This document shows positions 1 to 9,827 of a stretch of DNA of 64,000 bases, in pieces. Position numbers and translations under genes: made by a program. The notes under the pieces were generated by a model. It did not search any database and was not told the origin of the DNA. It saw nothing but the letters and a program-made list of their open reading frames with translations. Every line of letters begins with the position of its first letter. Positions within the stretch are counted from its first letter, which is position 1. Source of the DNA: Segetibacter sp. (GTDB lineage: Bacteria; Bacteroidota; Bacteroidia; Chitinophagales; Chitinophagaceae); assembly GCF_025963695.1 (NCBI RefSeq), contig NZ_JAOQAH010000030.1:2396-66395 (forward strand). The letters run 5' to 3'.

Positions 1-1188
1 ACCCACTTCTGCTTTTGAATCGGTAGGGAGATTCGTTGTCCATCTAATAGAGGCTGTTGTCTCAGTTATTTTTTCAATAAAAGGCCCACTAATAATCCTG
101 GCTTGTTCAGGTGGTTCTACAAATCCTTCCAGGCTTAAGTCGAAAGCTATATCAGTACTGGTAGGATTTGATTGATGAATTTCTACTGCAACTACGTTAA
201 TGCCTGTTGTAAAGGCCGATGCGTTAATGTTGAAGGTTCGTAGCAAGCCGTTTTCGTCAACAGAACCAAGTGCAAGGGTTGTATAAGATATAGGGCCAGA
301 AGGCATATTATTACGATATACTTCTTTACTGTTTATATAAACTATTACTCCATCATCCCTCTTTACACTAAAACTATATTTTTTAAAAGCTTCAGGATTT
401 TGCAACGAAATAGTCCGTCTAAAATACGTAGTAATGTATTTGTTGTTAGGATCGGGGCCGAAACTTACAACAGTGCTTTCATTCCTATTTCCATAGCCAA
501 GTATAGCCGGTCCGCTTTTCCAACTCGCATCCGAAAAAGATATTCCAGTCCAGGAATTGCCCTGATTGGACCCGTCATCAAGGTACTTCCACCAAGAGCT
601 AAAAGGAATTGAGGTAGGATCGCTTACTACAGGATTTGCAGTTACACGCATATCAAAACTGATGTCATTGCTGCTATGGGTAAATTGATGAATTTCAACG
701 GCAATAACATTGTTTCCTTTTAAAACCAAAGAGGCACTTGTAGTAAAGCTTCTAATATTGCTACGGTCATTACTAAGGGACGCTGCAAAGGTGTTATAAG
801 AGAGTGGGCCAGCAGGCATATTGTCACGGAAAATCTCCACACCATTCAAGTATACCACCACCCCATCATCCCTTTTTATTTCCGATAAAAAGGAAGAAAA
901 AAAAGAAGGATCGCCACAATGTTCTATCCTTCTGAAGTAAGTAGTTATGTGTTTTTTTCTTGGGTTAGAACCATAGCTTATTACTGTACTTTCATCCCCA
1001 TCCCCATAACCCAGTTCTCCGGTACCGCTCTTCCAGTTGCTGTCGTCATAGTTAAGACCAGTCCATGCAGACCCTTGGTTTGAGCCGTCATCGAGGTACT
1101 TCCAGGAAGAGCCAAATGGAAATACTGTTTGAGCAGCTAATTCAAATGCAGGAATCGCTAGTAGTAAGATGAGGATAAGTTTTTTCAT
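1..1188 (-). CDS. Secreted protein with two tandem ~170-aa galactose-binding-like beta-sandwich domains followed by the start of a purple-acid-phosphatase/FN3-like N-terminal segment (partial, runs off the left edge; absent from the ORF track)
   Basis: Manual translation from ATG 1188 is open for 396 codons. Signal peptide MKKLILILLLAIPAFELAAQ. Two copies of WKYLDDGSNQG..W...W.SG...LGYG...E.TV.S.G...K.ITTYFRR...KRDDGV.VY.N..E..R.NMP.GP.SY...AVEIHQ, then ISGPFIEKITETTASIRWTT. Confidence 0.8.
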   Translation of the reverse strand, partial: MKKLILILLLAIPAFELAAQTVFPFGSSWKYLDDGSNQGSAWTGLNYDDSNWKSGTGELGYGDGDESTVISYGSNPRKKHITTYFRRIEHCGDPSFFSSFLSEIKRDDGVVVYLNGVEIFRDNMPAGPLSYNTFAASLSNDRSNIRSFTTSASLVLKGNNVIAVEIHQFTHSSNDISFDMRVTANPVVSDPTSIPFSSWWKYLDDGSNQGNSWTGISFSDASWKSGPAILGYGNRNESTVVSFGPDPNNKYITTYFRRTISLQNPEAFKKYSFSVKRDDGVIVYINSKEVYRNNMPSGPISYTTLALGSVDENGLLRTFNINASAFTTGINVVAVEIHQSNPTSTDIAFDLSLEGFVEPPEQARIISGPFIEKITETTASIRWTTNLPTDSKAEVG

Positions 1189-1332
1189 GGCTATTATTTT
1201 AAATTTATAAGTATGATTTAATATTCATGTAGATTTTGTGTTCACCGTCGATCGTTGACGAGCTACTAGTACCGAAATGTTGAAGAGCGTTTAAAAGAAG
1301 TGGTTGATTTTTAAGTTGTGGAGAGGGAGACT

Positions 1333-2715
1333 CTAAAAAGCATTACTATGCACCTTACTACTAAAAACAGTTAGGAAGATAATTTTCAGATCCAGTAAAA
1401 ACGACCAATTTTCAATATACCATAAATCGTGGCGTGTCCGTTCATTTTTCTGTTGTTCTGTATCCGTTGGACCTCTCCAACCATTAACCTGAGCCCATCC
1501 TGTTATGCCGGGTTTTACATAGTGTCTAACCATATAGAGGTAAACACATTGCTGAAGTTGTTTATTGAGAAACTGCCTGTGCGGCCTTGGACCTACTACA
1601 CTCATATGTCCTAATAATACATTAAGAAACTGCGGCAGCTCATCCAAACTATATTTTCGTACTATTTTACCGAGCGTGGTAATTCTGGCGTCGTTTTTTT
1701 CCGTGGACAAAGTACCACCGGTAGAAGTGTCGCTCTGGCGCATACTTCTAAACTTAAATACTTTAAAAGGCTTCCCTGCTCTTCCTATCCTCATTGGGCA
1801 ATAAAAGACTGGCCCCGGAGACTCTAGCTTGATTAAGATAGAAAGAATTATAAACAACGGAAACAAAAAAAGTAAAACCGCTGCAGAAAATGTTCTGTCA
1901 AATAAAGTTTTACTAAAAGAAGCTAATAGTCCCTCCACTGGTAACTGGCGAACATTTATTGCATTGACCTGGCCTAATCTTGTTAATCTGCAATTTTCTC
2001 CGAAAATGTGTTTGTAATCAAAGACATACTTCACTCGAATACCATGATAGTCGGCAGCAGAAATAATATTCTGTATTTTTTTTGTCTGTTCGATGGGTAA
2101 AGCAATAACAATCTCATCGACTCTGTTCTCTTGTAAATATTGCTGAATATCCTTTAAATTACTAACTATTTTTTCATGACCTATTGTACAAACCTCTTTA
2201 CTAGCGCAATTAATAAACCCTTTAATTTGATACCCAGCCACCTTACGTGAGTAAAGCTGTTCTTCAACAATTTTTGCTATAGTTCCGGTACCTGCAATTA
2301 AAGTATAATTGACACGTTCCTCAGTTTTTCCTATGAAAGCTTTTAAACTAATAAATGCAGAATAAACTAAAATATCAAGAATGGGAATGACAATTGATAT
2401 AGCTGCTATTCCCTTTTTATTTACAATAGGAATAGGAATTAGTATATAGAATAACAGTATCGTTGCAACAAATAAACCATATGCTTTTATATAGTTAGCC
2501 GTCCACTTACTAATTGCACTATCCATTTTTGAGAAATATACTTTTCTTACATGTTCTAATAAAGCCCAGAAAAAGATAAAACACGATAGTATAATACATT
2601 CAATTCTAGAAAAGTTGTAGTGCCAAAAAAAGAAAACAGACATAATAAAGGCCGTAGTAATTGTCAGAACATCCTCTTGAAAATAAAACGGAGTTTTTAT
2701 TTTTAGGGTAATCAT
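1333..2715 (-). CDS. wcaJ: Undecaprenyl-phosphate glucose phosphotransferase (priming glycosyltransferase, WcaJ/CpsE family)
   Basis: N-terminal TM helices, CoA-binding-like middle (LIAGTGTIAK, RVDEIVIALP), C-terminal bacterial sugar transferase motifs FKFRSM, SLDELPQFLNVLLGHMSVVGPRP, KPGITGWAQVNG, DLWYIENWSFLLDLKI. Confidence 0.92.
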   Translation of the reverse strand: MITLKIKTPFYFQEDVLTITTAFIMSVFFFWHYNFSRIECIILSCFIFFWALLEHVRKVYFSKMDSAISKWTANYIKAYGLFVATILLFYILIPIPIVNKKGIAAISIVIPILDILVYSAFISLKAFIGKTEERVNYTLIAGTGTIAKIVEEQLYSRKVAGYQIKGFINCASKEVCTIGHEKIVSNLKDIQQYLQENRVDEIVIALPIEQTKKIQNIISAADYHGIRVKYVFDYKHIFGENCRLTRLGQVNAINVRQLPVEGLLASFSKTLFDRTFSAAVLLFLFPLFIILSILIKLESPGPVFYCPMRIGRAGKPFKVFKFRSMRQSDTSTGGTLSTEKNDARITTLGKIVRKYSLDELPQFLNVLLGHMSVVGPRPHRQFLNKQLQQCVYLYMVRHYVKPGITGWAQVNGWRGPTDTEQQKNERTRHDLWYIENWSFLLDLKIIFLTVFSSKVHSNAF

Positions 2716-3074
2716 AAAACATATATTAAAGATTATAGAAGAATAATTTTAAGGCTGTGTTGTATCGATTAGTAGGATAATTGTACGATATTGAATAAGG
2801 ACTAATAACTGTTCGCTAAGGGCGATAGGGCAATGAAAGCTTACCTTCTAAACGGCAAAATGTTCTTTGAATAGGAAGAACCTTTCTTAGATAGTTAAAA
2901 TAAATACAGATTAGAAACGGGGAGCAAAATGATCTTCTAAAAAGATAATAGTGGCATTAAAAGACCTAAAAGAAAGGTTGCTGATTGGAGTAGCATTTAA
3001 ATCTAATTAAAGAGAATAAAGGTTACAGACTTGGAAAAGTATGAAGTAAGACGCCTAGAGAAATAGAACGGGTC

Positions 3075-4382
3075 TTACCAACATAAACCTTCATAATTTG
3101 GCAAGTACTCAATTTCGTTTATACGAACCAGGTCTATGACAGCTTCCTTTTCTTTTAATAGGTGCCCGTATTTTGCTGCATCAAAATTTTTATGGTTTAT
3201 AACTACTACGTCATTTTGTTTTATTGCCCTTTTAAGATCATTACTTATTAATGAAGATAAATGAGGTAAGCGTTCATTTATGTAAGCTTTGTTAGCACCA
3301 ATAAGTTTTGAAAGGCGAACATTTTCATCGTAGATAGTAACATGATATCCTTTACCAATAAGCATTTCTGCAAGGTCAACAGAAGGGCTGTACCTTAAAT
3401 CATCTGTGCCTTCTTTAAAGCTTAGACCCACAAAACAAATATTTCTTTTACCCGTCTTTTCTACCATTTCAAAAGCTATCTTCTTTTGGTTCTCATTTGA
3501 GTTATTTATACATCCTAAAACAGGAGTAGACAAGTAGTTATCGTGTCCTAATGTCACAAATCCTTTCAAGTCTTTTGGGAGACAAGAACCTCCATAAGCA
3601 AATCCCGGCTTAAAATAAGAAGTTGAAATATTTAAGCGTGTATCCTTACAAAACAGTTCCATTACCTTATGAGAGTCGATGGAGACTGCTTTACATACAT
3701 TCCCTACTTCGTTTGCAAAAGCTATCTTTAAGGCATGATAAGAATTGTTTACATATTTGATTATCTCTGCAATTTTAATATCCGTAATTTCTATAGGTGC
3801 ATCTAAACCCCGATAGATAGAAGCTACTTTTTCGATGGCATAGTCATGGTCTCCGCCAATAACAGTAATTGAAGGATGATAATAATCGCGTATTGCAAAA
3901 CCTTCTCTTAAAAACTCAGGATTTGATACTACAGAAAAGCTCGTTCCTCTTTTCTTATGTGAGCTCTCTTCCATAATTTCTCCGAACTTTTGATTTGTTC
4001 CGGGCAACACAGTACTTCTTATAACTACTGTATGGAAGGTTGTCTTTTTTTGTATTGCCTTACCTACCTGCTCCGCCGTTTTGTAGATGTATGAAAGATC
4101 TAAATGGCCATGAGGAGATGATGGCGTACCTACACAAATTATAGTTAAATCAGTATTGTTAACCGCCTCATCCGCACAGGTTGTTGCGGATATTCTACCT
4201 TGTTCATATCCATCCTTAATTATGACATCAATGTCCTTTTCTAAAATTGTTGGCTTTCCGCTATTAATAAGTTCTACTTTAAAAGAACTGACATCAACTC
4301 CGATGACATCGTGGCCATTCTTCGCAAGACATCCCAAACTCACACATCCAACATATCCTAATCCGAAAACTGAAATTCTCAT
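3075..4382 (-). CDS. algD: GDP-mannose 6-dehydrogenase-like nucleotide-sugar dehydrogenase (AlgD-like)
   Basis: MRISVFGLGYVG Rossmann start, GGSCLPKD catalytic Cys motif, GLSFKEGTDDLR, AEMLIGKGY, GANKAYI and C-terminal EGLCW. These match Pseudomonas AlgD as I recall it better than generic Ugd. Confidence 0.8.
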   Translation of the reverse strand: MRISVFGLGYVGCVSLGCLAKNGHDVIGVDVSSFKVELINSGKPTILEKDIDVIIKDGYEQGRISATTCADEAVNNTDLTIICVGTPSSPHGHLDLSYIYKTAEQVGKAIQKKTTFHTVVIRSTVLPGTNQKFGEIMEESSHKKRGTSFSVVSNPEFLREGFAIRDYYHPSITVIGGDHDYAIEKVASIYRGLDAPIEITDIKIAEIIKYVNNSYHALKIAFANEVGNVCKAVSIDSHKVMELFCKDTRLNISTSYFKPGFAYGGSCLPKDLKGFVTLGHDNYLSTPVLGCINNSNENQKKIAFEMVEKTGKRNICFVGLSFKEGTDDLRYSPSVDLAEMLIGKGYHVTIYDENVRLSKLIGANKAYINERLPHLSSLISNDLKRAIKQNDVVVINHKNFDAAKYGHLLKEKEAVIDLVRINEIEYLPNYEGLCW

Positions 4383-5434
4383 TTTATAACGATTTTATAC
4401 TGGTTAATTTGATGTCTCATAAATTCCGTCATATCATCCCAACTTTCAAGCAATCCGTTTCTTACTTTTATTTGCCCCCCTTTATCAAAGGGGTCGTCAA
4501 TTGTTTGGTTGATACATGTGACTGCTTCTTCACCCCGAAGGTGTTTTAGTATTCCCTGTTTCATCAGTAATTCATTCGCTTTCATTTTTCTTATGCCACA
4601 ATAAACACTTGGAATACCTAACATCGCACCTTCTCTTGCCATACTGTCTCCTGAAGACACTACTAGTTTAGAGTAATAAATTAAGGAGTGAATGTCTTCG
4701 ACAGGCTCTTCGAGAATAGTCCAGGATTTAGGAAATCTATTAGTAATACTTTTATCTTCTAATGATAAAACCACTTTAGTATTTGCATTTATCTTTTCGC
4801 AAAAGGAACTGATAATAGCATCCTCCTGGTTATAGTAATTGAATGACTTATTGCTTACTTCCCTAATAAAAACATATTCATTAGGTGTCAGACTGTACTT
4901 GTTGAGGGTGGTGGAAACCGGATTAAATCTTCTTGGGCTCAGGTAACTCCATTCTTTAAGACAATTGAAAATAGAAGTCTTGTTTGTCTTCTCCACTATT
5001 GGCGGAAAGAAGAGCTGATTTGAAAACCTTTCGTTTAACCTATTAACTCCTTTTCTTTCAGGATCATCGTAAAATTGAATAATAGGAGTGCCAGAAATTT
5101 TACAGGCGATTGCAAGTGGAATGCTGCTGGCAGCTATACAAATGTCGTATTTGTTTTTCCTGATAAGATTTAAAAAAGTAAACATCCTTCTTACATTGCC
5201 ATGCCACAGGATAGATAACCTGGTGCCCTTGCTGCTACCAACAGGAATTGTATTGAAGCCAGCGTATTCAGTTTCGATAATGTTAGGCAGTTTGCCTCTT
5301 TTCAGGTAGGAAATTGTAACTTCCCAATTTTCATCTTTTAACTGTTTTGATAGTCCTTTAAACAAGTTAAGTTGAGCAGGATGTTTGATATCAATCAATA
5401 CCTTTTCTTTACGCCTTCTTACAAGTATGCCCAT
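4379..5434 (-). CDS. DUF354 family protein (predicted GT-B fold glycosyltransferase-like)
   Basis: IDIKHPAQLNLFK N-terminal motif, VVSSGDSMAREGAMLGIPSVY C-terminal motif. Stop overlaps the algD start (ATGA). Start taken at ATG 5434 (ORF extends to 5476). Confidence 0.75.
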   Translation of the reverse strand: MGILVRRRKEKVLIDIKHPAQLNLFKGLSKQLKDENWEVTISYLKRGKLPNIIETEYAGFNTIPVGSSKGTRLSILWHGNVRRMFTFLNLIRKNKYDICIAASSIPLAIACKISGTPIIQFYDDPERKGVNRLNERFSNQLFFPPIVEKTNKTSIFNCLKEWSYLSPRRFNPVSTTLNKYSLTPNEYVFIREVSNKSFNYYNQEDAIISSFCEKINANTKVVLSLEDKSITNRFPKSWTILEEPVEDIHSLIYYSKLVVSSGDSMAREGAMLGIPSVYCGIRKMKANELLMKQGILKHLRGEEAVTCINQTIDDPFDKGGQIKVRNGLLESWDDMTEFMRHQINQYKIVIK

Positions 5435-5505
5435 AACATTTGTTTTAATTTTTGACCTTGTTTTAAATGCTAACATTCGAGGAATTGAAGCAAGAAAATT
5501 AGATG

Positions 5506-6477
5506 CTAGCCAATAGCTGTTTTATATATCCCAATAATTCTGTGTGCAATAGTCTCTGAATCTAAGCCTAGACTCAAAATCCTTTGCTTTCCCTTAGTTC
5601 TCCCATTTGTCTTTGAAAAGTGTAGAGCGCACTCTATTTTTTTTGCAAAATCATCCACATCAAAACTAGATACATAACAACCTTCTGTATCCCCCAAAAC
5701 CCATTTTACATCTCCCATATCTGTCGCAACAATCGGGCAATTGCATGCCATGGCTTCTTTTACCACATTAGGTGAACCTTCCATTAAAGATGGAACTACA
5801 AGAACACTTGCGTTGCTTAAATATTTTGGTATTTCTTCATGCGCAACAGGATAGGGATTTATAAGTTCAACATTAGGCAAACGTAATTTTGAAACAGCAG
5901 CTTCTGCCAGTGGATAATTTTTTCTAATATCGTTTTTGTTTCCCAGAAATAAGACGCTTTCTTTTTCGTTTATTACACTTGAACTTTCATTTCCGACAAC
6001 TCTTTCTGCATCGAACTTTTGCTTGTTAATTCCGTTAGGAATAATCCAAGACTTATGCTTTAGATATACATATTTTTCTATGTTCTTAGACTTAGAAATA
6101 ATTGCTTTTACAAAAGGCTGTATCAGCAAAGTACAAAAAGTAGAGATTCTGCTACTTAAACGAACTTTGTTTACACCAATGTACTCGCCGTAGGCATCAT
6201 TGCCCAATAGTGATAAGACAACAGGTGTTTTACCAGCGCCTATTACTGCTGCCCACCCGGAATAAGTAAAGTGGGCATGAATGAGATCATACTTATTTTT
6301 CTTCCGATGTTTTCTAATTTGCATACCCGCCTTCAAGTAGCCTAAGAAGCCCTTACCAACGACCGGGAAATAATCTACTATAATTCCTTGTTCTTTCAAC
6401 GACTCGCCTTGTTCCTTGATAAAAGGAATAATCTCAAAGCTTTTAATATTACCACCACACACAAAAAGTACTCTCAT
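5506..6477 (-). CDS. Glycosyltransferase family 4
   Basis: YDLIHAHF, IIPNGIN, VPSLMEGSPNVVKEAMACNCPIVATDMG (EX7E). Start taken at MRVLFV. Confidence 0.9.
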   Translation of the reverse strand: MRVLFVCGGNIKSFEIIPFIKEQGESLKEQGIIVDYFPVVGKGFLGYLKAGMQIRKHRKKNKYDLIHAHFTYSGWAAVIGAGKTPVVLSLLGNDAYGEYIGVNKVRLSSRISTFCTLLIQPFVKAIISKSKNIEKYVYLKHKSWIIPNGINKQKFDAERVVGNESSSVINEKESVLFLGNKNDIRKNYPLAEAAVSKLRLPNVELINPYPVAHEEIPKYLSNASVLVVPSLMEGSPNVVKEAMACNCPIVATDMGDVKWVLGDTEGCYVSSFDVDDFAKKIECALHFSKTNGRTKGKQRILSLGLDSETIAHRIIGIYKTAIG

Positions 6478-6582
6478 AATTAAATATTGAATTTTTAAAA
6501 AGAAACTTCGCCTCATTTTAGACATGATAATACCGCACGTATACGAGGAGGGTCGGAAGCGACATAAATCACACTTTGGATT

Positions 6583-8469
6583 TTATAATACCGCTAATAC
6601 CGAGGGAACACTTTTATTTATCTTATTGGTCAACAGCAGAGTGCTAATTATTAAAATAAGTTCTTTTTCTTTATTACCAAAGCGCGTATGTTCATCAACG
6701 AGGTGTAAAATTGCTCCCCTATCAAATATTTTCCAGAAGAATTGGTTATCATTTCTTATAAGCCATTCTTTAATATCGCTCGAACTCTTTCTAATATACT
6801 CTTTTGATGGGCCGTGAAAAGCCAGCTTCTTACGGTTGATCATTTCTTCAGGAAGGTAGTCGCGGGCGAAGGCTTTATGTATAATCTTACCATTCCTAAA
6901 ACTATATCGATATTCCCTCGGCAGTGATTCGATAAATTCTACCAATTCATTGTCAAGCATAGGAACACGGCATTCTAAGCCGAAATGCATTGTAATTTTA
7001 TCAGTATAGTTTAAAAGCGTTTCGGAGAGTTTTGTTCTCGTATCAAGATATGGAAAGAGGTCGCTACGATAAAGCGGAAGATTATTTTTACTTTTTAAAA
7101 CAGCATAATGATTACCTAGAGCGGAGTAGTATTTTGAAGACACTACTTCAACTTCATTTTTATTCATTAGCTTATTTAAAGCATGCTCTCCGAAAAGGCT
7201 ATTGAATTCAAAATAAGCATGTAGGTTACTTGAGGTTCCTACTGAAGAAAAAACTCGGCGTAAATCACGGTGTTTGATATATTTAGAACAAAACCGGAAA
7301 AGACGGGGTAAAATAGGAGCTTTAATTAAAAAATCAATAGCGGGCAAAGCTTTATACTTAGTGTAGCCGCCCAAAGGTTCATCCGCACCTTGACCACTCA
7401 AAACTACCTTTACTTTTGAAGCAGCTAATTTAGACAACGTGTACATTGGAAATATAGAACCCGTATCTGCCGGCTCTTCTATGATGTTTACAATGTGCTC
7501 AAACTCTTCAAAGAAATTACCAAACTTTACTTCTTCTGTATAATGCTCTAATTTAAGGTAAGCAGCAGTTTTACTTGCGCTTCCCCGCTCATCGAGTAAT
7601 TTATCGTCAAAGCCAACCGTGAAGCCTTTAATATTTTCCACTTTTGTTTTTGCAATAGCAGCTATAAGCGAAGAGTCAACACCTCCACTAAGAAAAATGC
7701 CGACTTCAACATCCGAAAGTAATTGTCTTTCCACAGCCTTTTCAAGAAGTTGTCCATACTCAACAACCAATTGTTTTTTAGTGCCATTAATCAATCCTTT
7801 CTTCTTTGGCAAATCAGCATAATAGCTTCTCGAAATTGAAAGTGTATCATTTAAATCAATGGTAATTAGTTGCCCTGGCTCAACCTTAAATATATCCTTT
7901 AACAATGTCTGGGGCGGGGGGACATGTCGAAATTGAAGGGCAGTTGTAACTGCACCAATAGAATACCGCGGCTCTACTTCGCTTATAATAGTTCTTAGCT
8001 CTGAAGAGAAGAGAAATTCATTATCCTTGAAGTAATAATACAAAGGCTTTACGCCGAAACGGTCTCGTGCCAGGTAAATCTTCTTGTCGATAATATCTAC
8101 ATAGGCAAAACTGAAAATCCCGTTAAGTCTTGCCAATGAATTAGGGGTACACTCATTGCGACAAAAATTTACAAGAGTTTCTGTATCAGAATGACCTTTA
8201 AAATGCACGTTGCTAAGAGTACTGCGAAGCTGGACGTGATTATAGATTTCGCCATTAAAAATAATGACCCCCTGTTCATCCGACGACATCATTGGCTGGC
8301 TCCCATTGCTGCTTAAATCCAATATTGACAGACGGTGATGAAATAATTGAACCGAACAAGAGTCAATCCTAAACTTTTTCAGACCGAATTCATCTGGACC
8401 ACGGTGGCGGATAAGCTGAACTACTTTATTAGATAAATTATGATTTATACTACCAACTATTCCGCACAT
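6583..8469 (-). CDS. asnB: Asparagine synthase (glutamine-hydrolysing)-like amidotransferase
   Basis: N-terminal MCGIVG (Ntn Cys), HRGPD, RLSILDLS, FNGEIYNH, ARDRFGVKPLYY, LSGGVDSS, LSGQGADE, ECRVPMLD. Confidence 0.93.
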   Translation of the reverse strand: MCGIVGSINHNLSNKVVQLIRHRGPDEFGLKKFRIDSCSVQLFHHRLSILDLSSNGSQPMMSSDEQGVIIFNGEIYNHVQLRSTLSNVHFKGHSDTETLVNFCRNECTPNSLARLNGIFSFAYVDIIDKKIYLARDRFGVKPLYYYFKDNEFLFSSELRTIISEVEPRYSIGAVTTALQFRHVPPPQTLLKDIFKVEPGQLITIDLNDTLSISRSYYADLPKKKGLINGTKKQLVVEYGQLLEKAVERQLLSDVEVGIFLSGGVDSSLIAAIAKTKVENIKGFTVGFDDKLLDERGSASKTAAYLKLEHYTEEVKFGNFFEEFEHIVNIIEEPADTGSIFPMYTLSKLAASKVKVVLSGQGADEPLGGYTKYKALPAIDFLIKAPILPRLFRFCSKYIKHRDLRRVFSSVGTSSNLHAYFEFNSLFGEHALNKLMNKNEVEVVSSKYYSALGNHYAVLKSKNNLPLYRSDLFPYLDTRTKLSETLLNYTDKITMHFGLECRVPMLDNELVEFIESLPREYRYSFRNGKIIHKAFARDYLPEEMINRKKLAFHGPSKEYIRKSSSDIKEWLIRNDNQFFWKIFDRGAILHLVDEHTRFGNKEKELILIISTLLLTNKINKSVPSVLAVL

Positions 8470-8558
8470 GGCTTAAAGATTTGGGTTATTAAAAAATTGA
8501 CTTTATTAGAATATGATTTCTTTGACTGTGGGGGCAAAAATGCAAGTACAAGGTTCAA

Positions 8559-9818
8559 CTAACCCGCGTATACCACCGCGTGCTCATCTTCTTCGGCCTG
8601 GGGCACTTCCGAATATTGTTCGCCATATTTTAATGCTGATAATAATAGCATAAGGAGGGGGGGGAAACTAAGCGTTCCAATAAAACGTCCAGGTATCAAG
8701 ACGATCAAAAAGTTAAATAATAGTGGATAAAACAATTTCTTGTTTTCTTGCGACATTATATTATTTCCTTTAAAAAAGTAATGGCTAAAAAACAAAATGA
8801 AAAGAAACATACCTACTATTCCTGTACTAAAAATTATCATGTTAATATCACTATGGATAGGCCTGTCTCTACCAAAATATCTCGTACCGAAAGCATAAGT
8901 ATCAAATAAATTCACTCCAAATAGTATCTCGGCAGGATCCCTTTTCTTTCTATGATAATCAATTAAGTAAAAGGTTTCTAAATATCTCCCTTCCTCCTCC
9001 AAACTATTTAGATTTTCTATGCGCTCCCTTTTCTCAAGCTGCCCCATAAGGCGTTCCTGGTAGAGGGGAAAGCTAATGATCAAAGCGGATATTAAGATAA
9101 AAACCAGCATCAACATCTTTAAGAATAACTTTTTATTGAAGAGCGCATAAATCATTATTGCTGCAGCAAGCATTAATAAGGTAGTTCGCCTTGTACTTAA
9201 TAAGAGCATACAAACATTTATGAGAATAAATGATACATCAACTACTTGAAGATACCGGTTTTTGTCTTTGTCAGTAAGAGCATAATGAATAGCTAAAAAA
9301 ACGATGATAGGAATGACATATAATCTTGAAGTAATTAGAAAACCAGTAGAGAATGCATCAGAATAAAACCCGGCTATACCTACTTTATTTGCATAGATTA
9401 TATAAAGTGGCAGTGCAATCAACAGTAGCCGGTTGTACTTCTTAAAACCTGTAAGCACATTATTGCTTTTACCGAAGTGAATGCCTACAGGAATCATTAA
9501 TAATGTAATAATTACAGGCAATACACTTTTTGCAGTTATAATCTGATCCCCGGGGTTTAGTAGCCATAACAAAAGGAGATACGACACCAGAACAACAAAA
9601 ATAAATTCTATGTGCTTTACTATTCTATACTTTATAATGTAGAACAGCACCAACGTTAACGGTACTAAGTAACGTAAAACTGCAAAAATTTTATCGTCTT
9701 TATAAAAGCCATCAAACATGTCGTAGAAGACAAAAAATAACATTAGCAGGTATGGGAATGGCCTGGTATCAATTAAAAATGATACTATTAAAAGAAGGGC
9801 TAAAACAATTAATATCAT
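8559..9818 (-). CDS. Wzy-like polysaccharide polymerase / O-antigen ligase-like membrane protein
   Basis: About ten hydrophobic helices, LLSTRRT loop, periplasmic loop with R..Y and H (RPIHSD), position within a wzx-containing locus. Confidence 0.7.
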   Translation of the reverse strand: MILIVLALLLIVSFLIDTRPFPYLLMLFFVFYDMFDGFYKDDKIFAVLRYLVPLTLVLFYIIKYRIVKHIEFIFVVLVSYLLLLWLLNPGDQIITAKSVLPVIITLLMIPVGIHFGKSNNVLTGFKKYNRLLLIALPLYIIYANKVGIAGFYSDAFSTGFLITSRLYVIPIIVFLAIHYALTDKDKNRYLQVVDVSFILINVCMLLLSTRRTTLLMLAAAIMIYALFNKKLFLKMLMLVFILISALIISFPLYQERLMGQLEKRERIENLNSLEEEGRYLETFYLIDYHRKKRDPAEILFGVNLFDTYAFGTRYFGRDRPIHSDINMIIFSTGIVGMFLFILFFSHYFFKGNNIMSQENKKLFYPLLFNFLIVLIPGRFIGTLSFPPLLMLLLSALKYGEQYSEVPQAEEDEHAVVYAG

Positions 9819-9827
9819 ACAGGCGTT

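Noticed and set aside
8657-8664. G8 tract in wzy (and the A9 tract near 32380 in the susC signal peptide) as phase-variation switches
   Set aside because: The tracts are short. G8 is about 35 codons from the C-terminus and the T-run encodes ordinary Phe codons. Read-level length heterogeneity would be needed.
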